Positions 8,819 through 17,771 of a stretch of DNA of 33,125 nucleotides are shown in pieces (position 1 is the first letter of the stretch; every line of letters begins with the position of its first letter). Under the pieces are notes generated by a model. The model did no database searches. It saw only the letters and a program-made list of their open reading frames with translations, and was not told where the DNA came from. Source of the stretch: Nitrospira japonica (lineage in GTDB: Bacteria > Nitrospirota > Thermodesulfovibrionia > Thermodesulfovibrionales > SM23-35); assembly GCA_020725385.1 (NCBI GenBank), contig DYFC01000020.1, forward strand, positions 1 to 33,125. The letters are read 5' to 3'. The translations under genes were made by a program, and so were the position numbers.

Positions 8819-10015
8819 TTATATAATTCCCAGTGTTTTCCCAACTTTCTTGAAAGCATTTAGAACAAAATCAAGCTGTTCCTCGGTATGAGTTGCCATG
8901 TAACTTGTTCTTATTAAAGCCATTCCGTTTGGCACTGCCGGAGTTACAGCAACATTTGCAAAAACACCTTCTTCCTGTAACATCATTGCCATAAGAAAAG
9001 CTTTTTCATCTTCTCCTACTATAATTGGAATAATCGGTGTCTGGCTATTGCCGATTTTAAACCCTAAATCTCTAAATCCATTTAGCATTTTATTAGTGTT
9101 TTTCCATAATTTTTCTCTTCGTTCAGGTTCATTTTCAATAATATCTACTGCTGCGCTTACAGATGCAACTGAAGCTGGAGGAGGGCTTGCGCTGAAGATC
9201 AAAGAGCGAGCAAAATGTTTTATAAAATGTATTACATCAGAGTCACCTGAGATAAATCCGCCAATAGATGCAAGTGACTTGCTGTAAGTTCCCATTATTA
9301 AATCAACTTCTTTTTCAACTCCGAAATATTCTGCTGTTCCTCTTCCTGTTGCACCAAGAACACCGATTCCGTGAGCATCATCAACCATGAGACGGGCATT
9401 ATATTTTTTACATAAATCAATTATGTCAGGCAGATTGGCTATGTCTCCTTCCATACTAAAAACACCGTCAACGACAACAAGTTTACCTTTGTCTTCATAC
9501 TCTTTCAAAACTCTTTCAAGATCAGCCATATCATTATGTTTGAATTTTTTGACTTCTCCAAAAGAAAGTCTGCAACCATCTATAATACTTGCATGATCCA
9601 TTTTGTCTATAATCACAATATCATCTTTTCCGACCAGTGCTGATATTACTCCAAGATTGACCTGAAATCCTGTAGAAAATACGAGCGCAGCTTCTTTTCT
9701 CATAAATCTTGCAAGTTTTTCTTCAAGCTCAACATGAATGCTAAGGGTTCCATTTAAAAATCTTGAGCCTGCGCAACCTGTTCCATATTTTCTTATGGCT
9801 TCAATAGCAGCTTCTTTGACTTTTGGATGATTTGTAAGACCAAGATAATTATTGGAACCTATCATTATCATTTTTTTGCCATTCATTATAACTTCGGGTT
9901 CCTGAGCGCTTTCAATCATTCTGAAAAATGGATATAGATTATGTGACATTAATGTTTTTGCCTTATCAAATTTAAAACATTTTTCGAATAAGTCCGAAGA
10001 TTTTTTTACAGCCAT
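8819..10015 (-). CDS. spt: PLP-dependent alpha-oxoamine synthase, most similar to bacterial serine palmitoyltransferase
   Basis: Motifs [69 protein letters not shown] and IFSAS. The ATG at 10015 overlaps the upstream gene and is preferred over 10045. Confidence 0.72.
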   Translation of the reverse strand: MAVKKSSDLFEKCFKFDKAKTLMSHNLYPFFRMIESAQEPEVIMNGKKMIMIGSNNYLGLTNHPKVKEAAIEAIRKYGTGCAGSRFLNGTLSIHVELEEKLARFMRKEAALVFSTGFQVNLGVISALVGKDDIVIIDKMDHASIIDGCRLSFGEVKKFKHNDMADLERVLKEYEDKGKLVVVDGVFSMEGDIANLPDIIDLCKKYNARLMVDDAHGIGVLGATGRGTAEYFGVEKEVDLIMGTYSKSLASIGGFISGDSDVIHFIKHFARSLIFSASPPPASVASVSAAVDIIENEPERREKLWKNTNKMLNGFRDLGFKIGNSQTPIIPIIVGEDEKAFLMAMMLQEEGVFANVAVTPAVPNGMALIRTSYMATHTEEQLDFVLNAFKKVGKTLGII

Positions 10016-10965
10016 TTGTGAATCCTGTACCAATCTGCTGTCCATTTTATTCCTTCCTTTAGTCCAACTTTTGGGGTAAAACCAATTTCATTTTTTATTT
10101 TCATAGAATCACAAACCCAGTATGAATGTTGAAAATCCTTTATTCTGTCTCTATTAATTATACTCTGTCTATTCATTTTTTCGCTAATAAAAGCTACGAA
10201 AGGCATCACAAATTTAGGAACTTTTATTGGATTAGCTTTTACATTCAATGCTGATGATATTTCCATCGCTATTTGTTCACCTGTATATGATTTGTTATCT
10301 GAAAGAAAATATATCTTATCTTTTGCCTTTTCATTTTCTGCACATAATATAATACCATGAATAAGGTCTTCAACATAAAGTAAAGAATAATAACATTTTC
10401 CAAGATCAAAGAAAAAACCTTTTTTTATCAGCTTAAACATAACAAGCATGTCTTTATCTCTCGGCCCGTATATAGCAGGTGGCCGTAAAATTGTAAAAGG
10501 TATTTTACCTTTGTATCTTAAAACAGCTTTTTCTGCTTCGAGTTTGCTTTTACCGTAATCAGAAACAGGTGCAGGAGATGATATTTCATTAACAGGAACT
10601 CCATCTTTACCGGGGCCAACAGCAGCAAGACTGCTAATGAAAATAAATCTTTTTAGTCTTGAATTATTTGAAATTTTCTTTAAAAGATTTTCGGTTCCTT
10701 TAGTGTTGACAGCAAAAAAAGCTTCTTTTGAAGTTGATTTTGTGAGTCCTGCAAGATGAAAGATATAATCAAAATCATCTATTATGCAATTTAAGGACTC
10801 GGGAATTGTACAATCACCTTTAAGAAAATTAACTCCGGAAGTTTCCAGCCATTTTATATTAGAGTTATTTCTTGAAAGGCAAGCAACTTCATAGCCTTTT
10901 CGTATAAGTTCCTCACAAAGGTGACTGCCGATAAACCCGGTCGCCCCTGTTACCAGAGCTTTCAT
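10006..10965 (-). CDS. NAD-dependent epimerase/dehydratase (extended SDR), candidate ceramide/3-ketosphinganine reductase
   Basis: Motifs [22 protein letters not shown] and [10 protein letters not shown]. Overlaps the spt-like gene. Confidence 0.85.
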   Translation of the reverse strand: MKALVTGATGFIGSHLCEELIRKGYEVACLSRNNSNIKWLETSGVNFLKGDCTIPESLNCIIDDFDYIFHLAGLTKSTSKEAFFAVNTKGTENLLKKISNNSRLKRFIFISSLAAVGPGKDGVPVNEISSPAPVSDYGKSKLEAEKAVLRYKGKIPFTILRPPAIYGPRDKDMLVMFKLIKKGFFFDLGKCYYSLLYVEDLIHGIILCAENEKAKDKIYFLSDNKSYTGEQIAMEISSALNVKANPIKVPKFVMPFVAFISEKMNRQSIINRDRIKDFQHSYWVCDSMKIKNEIGFTPKVGLKEGIKWTADWYRIHKWL

Positions 10966-11020
10966 AAGATACTATTTTTATTTAAACTATAAAAAAGTGT
11001 CAAGATGGAGAGCCTTTAAT

Positions 11021-11863
11021 TTATATCCTCATGGATTCAAGTCTTGCGATTCTTTCTTCAATAGGCGGATGTGTGCTGAATAGTTTAAGAAGGCCGCCTC
11101 CTGATAATGGATTTACGATAAACATATGAGAGGTAGCTGGATTAGCTTCCATAGGTATCTTCTGGGAAGCCATGTGAAGTTTCTTCAATGCACCGGAAAG
11201 ATATTTGGGGTTGCCCGCTATTTTTGCTCCGCCTTCATCAGCAGCATATTCTCTGGAACGTGAAATAGCCATCTGAACTATCATTGCTGCAATCGGTCCA
11301 ACGATCATCATTACGAAAGCAGCTATAGGATTTCCACCTTCTTCATCATCTCCTCTATGTCCTCCAAATATCATAGCCCATTGTGCCATTTGAGCAAGAT
11401 AACTTATGGCACCTGCGATTGTAGCAGCGATTGTACTGATAAGAATATCCCTATGCTTCACATGTGCAAGTTCGTGGCCAATAACACCTTCGAGTTCTTC
11501 GCGGGTTAGAATGCGCATAATTCCAGTAGTTACAGCTACTGCAGCGTGTTTTGGATTTCTACCTGTGGCAAATGCATTTGGTTGATCTTCTTCAATTATA
11601 TAAACTCTTGGCATTGGAATTTCAGCCTTCTGCGCAAGTCTTCTTACAATACTATATAATTCAGGTGACTGGGATTCTGTTACTTCTTTTGCCCCGTACA
11701 TTTTAAGAACTATCTTATCACTGAACCAATATGTAACAAAATTCATTGTAAGGGCAAAAATCAGTGCGATAGTCATACCTTGTTTTCCACCTATTGCACC
11801 TCCAGCCCAGACAAGTATAAGAGTTAAAGCAACAAGCAAAACCATGGTTTTTATATTATTCAT
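11021..11863 (-). CDS. htpX: Zinc metalloprotease HtpX (M48)
   Basis: Motifs [24 protein letters not shown] and [19 protein letters not shown]. Confidence 0.96.
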   Translation of the reverse strand: MNNIKTMVLLVALTLILVWAGGAIGGKQGMTIALIFALTMNFVTYWFSDKIVLKMYGAKEVTESQSPELYSIVRRLAQKAEIPMPRVYIIEEDQPNAFATGRNPKHAAVAVTTGIMRILTREELEGVIGHELAHVKHRDILISTIAATIAGAISYLAQMAQWAMIFGGHRGDDEEGGNPIAAFVMMIVGPIAAMIVQMAISRSREYAADEGGAKIAGNPKYLSGALKKLHMASQKIPMEANPATSHMFIVNPLSGGGLLKLFSTHPPIEERIARLESMRI

Positions 11864-11966
11864 AAGAAACGTTACCTCCGTTTTTCTATTTAAGGGTTTA
11901 CGGCAGATGAAATTTCTGCCATTGATATTAATTAATACTAACGTAAATTATAGAATGATTTCAAGA

Positions 11967-13049
11967 TTACTGCGAGCCATAAGAATGTAATCCTGATAAT
12001 AGTAGATTAACCCCAAGATATGTAAATATAACTGCCATAAATCCTATAACAGCTACTATTGCAGCTTTTTTGCCTTTCCATCCTCTAACAAATCTGCTAT
12101 GAATATAAAAAGCATAAATAAACCAAGTTATTAATGACCATGTCTCTTTCGGATCCCAGCTCCAGTAAACACCCCACGCCTGATCAGCCCATATTGCGCC
12201 GAAAATAAGCCCCCCTAAGGTAAAAATAGGAAAACCCACAGCAATACTTTTGTATGTAATTTCATCAAGCATGTCAGCGGAAAGGCCGAATTTAATTAAA
12301 ATTCTTTTAAGAATAAAACCATATTTCCATACAATAAAAATTATAGCAAATGAAATTAACCAGCTAATAATATTGACAGTAGCAGATGGATGGAGAAAAG
12401 AAGTCTTGAAAAGATAACTTTTAATAAATATTTCCGGACGCACTTTTACTTTGAATGTAAGGAAATCAATTCCCATAGAAAGAATAAGTATTGCAAAAAG
12501 TCCGAATGTTAAAGTCCAGAAAATATACGCAGGCTCATTTTTTTTCTCTGTGTTAAGAATAAGATACATTATTCCTGTACTAAAAGATATAGCAAAAGCA
12601 GCATAAGCAATAAAACTCATTGTTACGTGCGCAAGAAGCCAGTTGCTTTTAAGTGCTGGAACCAATGGTTGAATTTCCTTTGTAACTCCTGTTAAATCAA
12701 TAAAAGCAAGTACAAGTCCTGCGATTGGTGTTACGAAAGCTCCGAATGATCGGTTCTTAAATTTAAATTCAATTATTAAATATCCTAAAATCAAACACCA
12801 TACAAAGAAAGTAAGGGATTCATATAGATTTGTAAGCGGAGCTGATCTTATAAAACCCATTCCGCTTAATTCAGCAAATTCTTTCCATCTGAGTGCTATT
12901 GCAAATGTTTGGGAAATAAAGCCTAAGATTGTAAATGAGGTTGCAATAATTCCTACAGGATTATTTCTGAAAGCAAGATATATAAAATAAATCATCATGG
13001 CAATAAAATATGCCATGGTCGAGATGCCAAATAGGAGAGGACTTTCCAT
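11967..13049 (-). CDS. ccsA: Cytochrome c biogenesis protein CcsA/ResC (system II heme lyase)
   Basis: WWD motif WADQAWGVYWSWDPKETWS, plus PALKSNWLLAHV and GLHSY. Multiple TM helices. Confidence 0.94.
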   Translation of the reverse strand: MESPLLFGISTMAYFIAMMIYFIYLAFRNNPVGIIATSFTILGFISQTFAIALRWKEFAELSGMGFIRSAPLTNLYESLTFFVWCLILGYLIIEFKFKNRSFGAFVTPIAGLVLAFIDLTGVTKEIQPLVPALKSNWLLAHVTMSFIAYAAFAISFSTGIMYLILNTEKKNEPAYIFWTLTFGLFAILILSMGIDFLTFKVKVRPEIFIKSYLFKTSFLHPSATVNIISWLISFAIIFIVWKYGFILKRILIKFGLSADMLDEITYKSIAVGFPIFTLGGLIFGAIWADQAWGVYWSWDPKETWSLITWFIYAFYIHSRFVRGWKGKKAAIVAVIGFMAVIFTYLGVNLLLSGLHSYGSQ

Positions 13050-14480
13050 TTATTTAGCTCCTTCCTTGTTTTTGGATAAGGTAGAAACAATCATGTCTAT
13101 TTTTCTTTCAAAAGCAGCCCTGTTTTTATTAGTATTTGCACCAATAACAATTCTTGTATACTGTTTGTCTGCTATAAGTTTTACCCATATTCTACGGTGA
13201 CTTAAGAAGAATGCTGTAAAGAGTCCTATGCTTATTAGGATGCAGCCAAGATAAACAAGCCATACGCCCGGATCTTTTCTAACCTGAAGCCCTGTGTATT
13301 CAACACCCCAATAATTATAGAATTCGACTCTATTGCCATCAGGAAGTTGCCATGATTCAGGATGTCTTTTAAATATCCACCCCGAAAATTTATGTTTACC
13401 TGATTCGGTAAAATCAATTAAAACAGCAGGATTATTCATCATATTAGTATAAGTAAAAGTGTTTCCTCTTTCATCGTATCTTAAAGCAGGACTGAAATCA
13501 ATTATTCTTCCTGTAAGGTTTGTTCCGGGAATCTGGAAAGAATCTCCGAATCTTAGGTTGAGCAGGTTTGATTTGCCATCTTTTGACACAACATTAAAAA
13601 TGAATATTCCTCTTCCAAGTCCATTTGGAATAATGCCATAGCTTGACTGATAAAATGTTATGCCTTCATATGTCAAAGGATCATTTACTGTTATTGATTT
13701 TTTAACCACTTCTTTCCCGTCTTTTATAATGGTTAGCCAGCTTCTATATTCTTTTGGCATATCGGACATGCCGTAAAACTCTGTTTCAAAATTTTCGCAT
13801 TTTACCAGGAAATCCAAAGTTAGGACTTTATCCCCTGAAATAACAGTGTTTGAAACAGTTCCTTCACCAACTTCCATATATCCTTTAAATCCTAATTTTA
13901 TACCTATAAGCGCACCAATTAAAATCAGAAGAATGCTCATGTGTGTTAGATAAACACCTAACCTGCTGTAATTCCATTTCTGTCCGAAAAATTGGAATCC
14001 ATTATCTTCTTTAACTTCATTACATTTGAACCCGGATTTTTTCAAGGTATCCGAAACAAAAAATTTAATATTGTCAGGTGTATTTTTAATAGTGAATTCT
14101 CTATTTATAAGAAATTTTTTTAGAGTTTCTTCAGGTAAAGGTAACATTGGTTCTTTGACAAGTTTCCAGATCTTTGGAAGTCTGTCGAGTGAGCAAATAA
14201 TAAGGTTTAAAGCAAATAACGCAAGAAGAGATATGAACCACCATGAGCGGTACATATTGAAAAAGCCGAGTTTATCAAAGATCTCATAAAGTGTGGGAGC
14301 TAAGGATTCACTAAAAAGACGTGACAATATTTGCAAATTTTTTGCAGGATCTTCCCTTTGCTCAAGTATAGTACCAATTATAGAAGTAGTCGCAATCAGA
14401 GCAAAAATAATGATGGCAAATTTTACAGAGGCAAAAAAAGCCCAGATTTTATCTATTAAAGTACTCTTTTCTTTTTCCAA
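13050..14480 (-). CDS. resB: Cytochrome c biogenesis protein ResB/CcsB (Ccs1)
   Basis: Motifs IIGTILEQ, YRSWWF, NLIICS, THMSILL, ITVNDPL...YQSSY and GLQVRKDPG. Directly abuts ccsA. Confidence 0.92.
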   Translation of the reverse strand: MEKEKSTLIDKIWAFFASVKFAIIIFALIATTSIIGTILEQREDPAKNLQILSRLFSESLAPTLYEIFDKLGFFNMYRSWWFISLLALFALNLIICSLDRLPKIWKLVKEPMLPLPEETLKKFLINREFTIKNTPDNIKFFVSDTLKKSGFKCNEVKEDNGFQFFGQKWNYSRLGVYLTHMSILLILIGALIGIKLGFKGYMEVGEGTVSNTVISGDKVLTLDFLVKCENFETEFYGMSDMPKEYRSWLTIIKDGKEVVKKSITVNDPLTYEGITFYQSSYGIIPNGLGRGIFIFNVVSKDGKSNLLNLRFGDSFQIPGTNLTGRIIDFSPALRYDERGNTFTYTNMMNNPAVLIDFTESGKHKFSGWIFKRHPESWQLPDGNRVEFYNYWGVEYTGLQVRKDPGVWLVYLGCILISIGLFTAFFLSHRRIWVKLIADKQYTRIVIGANTNKNRAAFERKIDMIVSTLSKNKEGAK

Positions 14481-14573
14481 TTAGAAGTTACCTCAAAGTT
14501 TTTTATTTTAATATTTTTAACTTGTTCAAAACAAGGATTTTATTCAGGGCAAATTAAAAGATGGAAAAGTTTT

Positions 14574-14882
14574 TTATTTTTTTAATGATACCCTACCTGT
14601 TGATGGGTCATACTCGTATTTTGAGATATCAATTTTTGCACCCATAAATTCTTCTGCTGCCTCAAGACTCTCGGGATATTTGCCATTTGTGGCATAATAA
14701 CTCTGAATTGCTCTTTTGACAGCGTCAAGATTTGCAGTTTCTCCTGCCTTCTGCCCTTTTTTGTATGAATCTATTAAAGCATCTCCGTATTCAGAGACAG
14801 GATTTTTAGGCTTTTCATCACATGCAATAATGAATAAAGTGAATAATAAAAAAAGAACCACTGCTATTTTATAGGTATTCAT
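14574..14882 (-). CDS. Small lipoprotein of unknown function
   Basis: Signal peptide with lipobox IIAC. C-terminal pseudopilin-like YYATNGKYPESL and YEYDPSTG segments. The start is placed at the second ATG because of the promoter position. Confidence 0.7.
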   Translation of the reverse strand: MNTYKIAVVLFLLFTLFIIACDEKPKNPVSEYGDALIDSYKKGQKAGETANLDAVKRAIQSYYATNGKYPESLEAAEEFMGAKIDISKYEYDPSTGRVSLKK

Positions 14883-14888
14883 ATTCAT

Positions 14889-14917
14889 ATTTTATGTATA
14901 GCTAAATTTTCTGTCAA
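14889..14917 (-). promoter_or_regulatory. Near-consensus sigma70 promoter, probably giving a leaderless mRNA
   Basis: TTGACA-N17-TAAAAT, then 6 nt to the ATG at 14882. No Shine-Dalgarno sequence. Confidence 0.65.
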
Positions 14918-15037
14918 ATGAAAACGAAATTCTCCAATCCTGCCACCAAACCAGCAGGCGAACAAGTTGGGAAATAGTACTCCCTAACCGAAAATTTGTT
15001 ATCCTTATCTGTTTTTAAAAAGTAATAAAAAATAAGA

Positions 15038-15808
15038 TTATAGGACAGTAAGAGAATCAAGCATTTTAAATAATGATTGTAATGCAATAGAGGAATAGGG
15101 CAAATCAAATACAGGTTTGCCAAGTAAATCTATATTAAATATATTTTGATCTTGAGGAATAACTCCGGATATATTCAATCCATATCCTTTACCTGTTTCA
15201 ATCAATTTTTCTTCTCCTCCACTACCTGATACCCTATTAATAATAACAACTCGTTTCTCTATATCCAGTTCCAGTTCATCCACAAGTAAATTAATTCTCT
15301 TTGCAGTTTCCAATCCTCTTATGGAAGGGTCGCTTATAATTAAAAGCAGGTTAACCTTATGTGTTGTCCTTCTGCTGAGATGCTCCATGCCTGCTTCATT
15401 ATCGATTACAACATAAGGATAAGATTCGGAAAGTTTATCAGTATATTTCCTGATAATATTATTTGCAGCACAATAACATCCCGGTCCTTCAGGTCTTCCC
15501 ATTACGAGCAAATCAAAACCTTTTGATTCTATTAATGACTGTTGAATCTGGTAATCAAAAAGTTGTTCCATAGACATGCCCCCGGGACGTTCAGACCCGC
15601 TTCTTATAATATTTAGCGAATCTTCCCTTAATTTGCCTATTGTTTGGTGTACTTCAACACCAAGTGCCTGATTAAGACAATTGTTGGAATCAGCATCAAC
15701 AGCAAGTACGGGTTTATTTTTTTTCTCAATGAGATAACGGATTGTTAACCCGGCAATAGTGGTTTTTCCGGTGCCGCCTTTTCCTGCAAGAGCAATAATA
15801 TAAGCCAT
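15038..15808 (-). CDS. cooC: CooC/AcsF family nickel-insertion ATPase
   Basis: Deviant Walker A GKGGTGKTT, VDAD, Ni-binding GPGCYC and DNEAGMEHLSR. Confidence 0.9.
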   Translation of the reverse strand: MAYIIALAGKGGTGKTTIAGLTIRYLIEKKNKPVLAVDADSNNCLNQALGVEVHQTIGKLREDSLNIIRSGSERPGGMSMEQLFDYQIQQSLIESKGFDLLVMGRPEGPGCYCAANNIIRKYTDKLSESYPYVVIDNEAGMEHLSRRTTHKVNLLLIISDPSIRGLETAKRINLLVDELELDIEKRVVIINRVSGSGGEEKLIETGKGYGLNISGVIPQDQNIFNIDLLGKPVFDLPYSSIALQSLFKMLDSLTVL

Positions 15809-15920
15809 AAATAATTATAACTTAAAAATGCTATTAAGTATCTTTCGACCTTTAAACCTTACAGCTTTCAAACTTGCTGGCTATCTTGTGCGCCATTTCA
15901 ACTGTTTTGTGGTTGTGATA

Positions 15921-17771
15921 TTACAGCTCTGAAATAGTCCTGTATAATTCAGGATATTCATCTTTTGCAAGAGCGGATTCTTTTTTCAGTAGTCTCAAAG
16001 CTTCAGGAATATATTTTAAGAAATATTTCTTGCCTTTTACCATTGATAAATACCCGTAAGCTCCTAATGCCTGCATATGACGTTGTAAACGACAGTAGAT
16101 AACGGTGCCGGCTAAAAATTGGCCTGTTTGTCCGATATAATAATCCAGTAAATAATCTCTAATATTTTCATTAAGCCTGTAATATGGATCCCATAGAATC
16201 GAGGCAAGATCATAGGCTGGAGGACCAATCCTCGCTCCCTGATAATCTATAATTCCCGGAAAATTACTGCTCAATATCATGATATTCTGGGATTGAAAAT
16301 CACGATGAATAACTGTTTTGGGGAATGAATTAACTTTTAAAGCAAGTCTATGGAAATCTTCTTCAAGTGCTTGCAAATTTTTAATCTTTATTTTCATAAT
16401 TCCAGTCAAAAATCTTTCATAAAAATAATCCGTTTCCCATCTTAGATAGTCATAATCAAAAATTCTATGCTGGAGTGTAGGACATTCTGAAACATGTCCG
16501 GTAACGGTTGTATGTATTGAAATAAGGACATCAATAACTTTCTTATATATTTCTCTAATTGCTTCCTCATTTCGTGGACATTTTAGCCAGTTATACAAAG
16601 AGCAGTCTCCAAAATCTTCGAAATAAGCTGTCTTATTGGCAAAGTCTGCTCTAATTAATTCCGGAACAGGGACAGCATATTTTCTAAAGAATTCTGTATA
16701 TTCGATATGTCGTTGAAAATCCCGGTCATGATTTTTACATTTCATAAGTACAAATGACTTTTCTCCTTCTTTGATTCTGTAATATTGTCTGTCCGATCCG
16801 CCGGTACCTATCAATACCGGATTATTGTCCAGGAATAATTCCGGGATTTCTGTTGCTTTTAAGTCTATCTTAAACCCCGGCCCGATAATGCAATTTTCAT
16901 AATACGGCAAATAAAAATCAGCATCAGGAAGTACAATACAATTTTTCAAGCACATTTGCCGGACATGGAAATTTTCAAGGATTTTTTGTGGAGTTTCAAT
17001 AACTATGTATCCATTTAATTTTAGTTTGTCACAAGTACCAATTTTGGCGTTAATAAAAACCATTTCTCCAATTTTTTTAAGTTCCTCTATTATTGTTTTT
17101 GTATATAAAGCAGGGGTGCCGATATCATTCCATGAGCATCCTGTCACATCGTAGGTATTTATCCTGTATCCTGCTGAGATTATTTTTTCCCATGTATAAA
17201 CTATACTTGATACACCATCGGGAATGAATTTTAGTATATCCGGTGAATAAACAGAAATCCCTGTAAAAGCTACAAGACGTGAACCCGGTGGACAAGAAAG
17301 AGAGCCCATCCTTTTAATACTGCATAATAAGCCATTATTATCGATGACGAGATTGTTGAATTCGGGATGATTATGTACAGCAAGAGTTGCGATATTGCCA
17401 GAGGAAAGATGAAATTCTATGAATTTTTTCAAATCAATATCTGAATAAATATCAGAGTTGTGAACTAAAAAAGCACCATCTTTTAGAAATTCTTCTGCAT
17501 TCTTCAATGCTCCGCCGGTTCCGAGAACAGGATTTTCCGGGAAAAGGCTGATTGAACTAAAGCCGGATCTTTTTATCCATTCTTCAATAGATTCTTTTTT
17601 GTAATGCAGATTAATACCGGTTTTATTTACAGGAAGGTCTAAAATTTTCTCGAGTATTGACTGCAAAACGGGTTTTCCGAGAATCGGGAGCAATGGCTTG
17701 GGAATATAATTTGTTATTGGTGCGAGTCGTTCACCGAGTCCCGCAGCAAGAATAAAAGCCGAGAGTTTCAT
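15921..17771 (-). CDS. Fusion of MurU-like nucleotidyltransferase (N-term) and AmgK-like sugar kinase (APH family, C-term)
   Basis: N-terminal LAAGLGERLAPITNYIPKPL, LGTGGAL, NSD and WNDIGTP. C-terminal GGSDRQYYR, EDFGD, HRDFQSQN, IDYQG..IGP..YDLAS and LQRHMQALGAY. Confidence 0.85.
   Translation of the reverse strand: MKLSAFILAAGLGERLAPITNYIPKPLLPILGKPVLQSILEKILDLPVNKTGINLHYKKESIEEWIKRSGFSSISLFPENPVLGTGGALKNAEEFLKDGAFLVHNSDIYSDIDLKKFIEFHLSSGNIATLAVHNHPEFNNLVIDNNGLLCSIKRMGSLSCPPGSRLVAFTGISVYSPDILKFIPDGVSSIVYTWEKIISAGYRINTYDVTGCSWNDIGTPALYTKTIIEELKKIGEMVFINAKIGTCDKLKLNGYIVIETPQKILENFHVRQMCLKNCIVLPDADFYLPYYENCIIGPGFKIDLKATEIPELFLDNNPVLIGTGGSDRQYYRIKEGEKSFVLMKCKNHDRDFQRHIEYTEFFRKYAVPVPELIRADFANKTAYFEDFGDCSLYNWLKCPRNEEAIREIYKKVIDVLISIHTTVTGHVSECPTLQHRIFDYDYLRWETDYFYERFLTGIMKIKIKNLQALEEDFHRLALKVNSFPKTVIHRDFQSQNIMILSSNFPGIIDYQGARIGPPAYDLASILWDPYYRLNENIRDYLLDYYIGQTGQFLAGTVIYCRLQRHMQALGAYGYLSMVKGKKYFLKYIPEALRLLKKESALAKDEYPELYRTISEL

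Noticed and set aside
8819-10015. bioF or kbl annotation
   Set aside because: The motifs and the reductase neighbour fit Spt better, and no biotin or tdh genes are nearby. Not fully excluded without a phylogeny.
10016-10045. Longer N-terminus ([10 protein letters not shown]) of the Spt-like ORF
   Set aside because: It would overlap the upstream gene by 40 nt. The ATG at 10015 gives a more typical short overlap.
11902-11920. GGCAGA...TCTGCC hairpin as a terminator after ccsA
   Set aside because: Only a 6-bp stem with no U-tract on the minus strand, too weak to call.
14914-15123. 69-aa ORF between cooC and the lipoprotein gene
   Set aside because: It overlaps the cooC 3' end in another frame and the downstream promoter, with no RBS or recognisable features.
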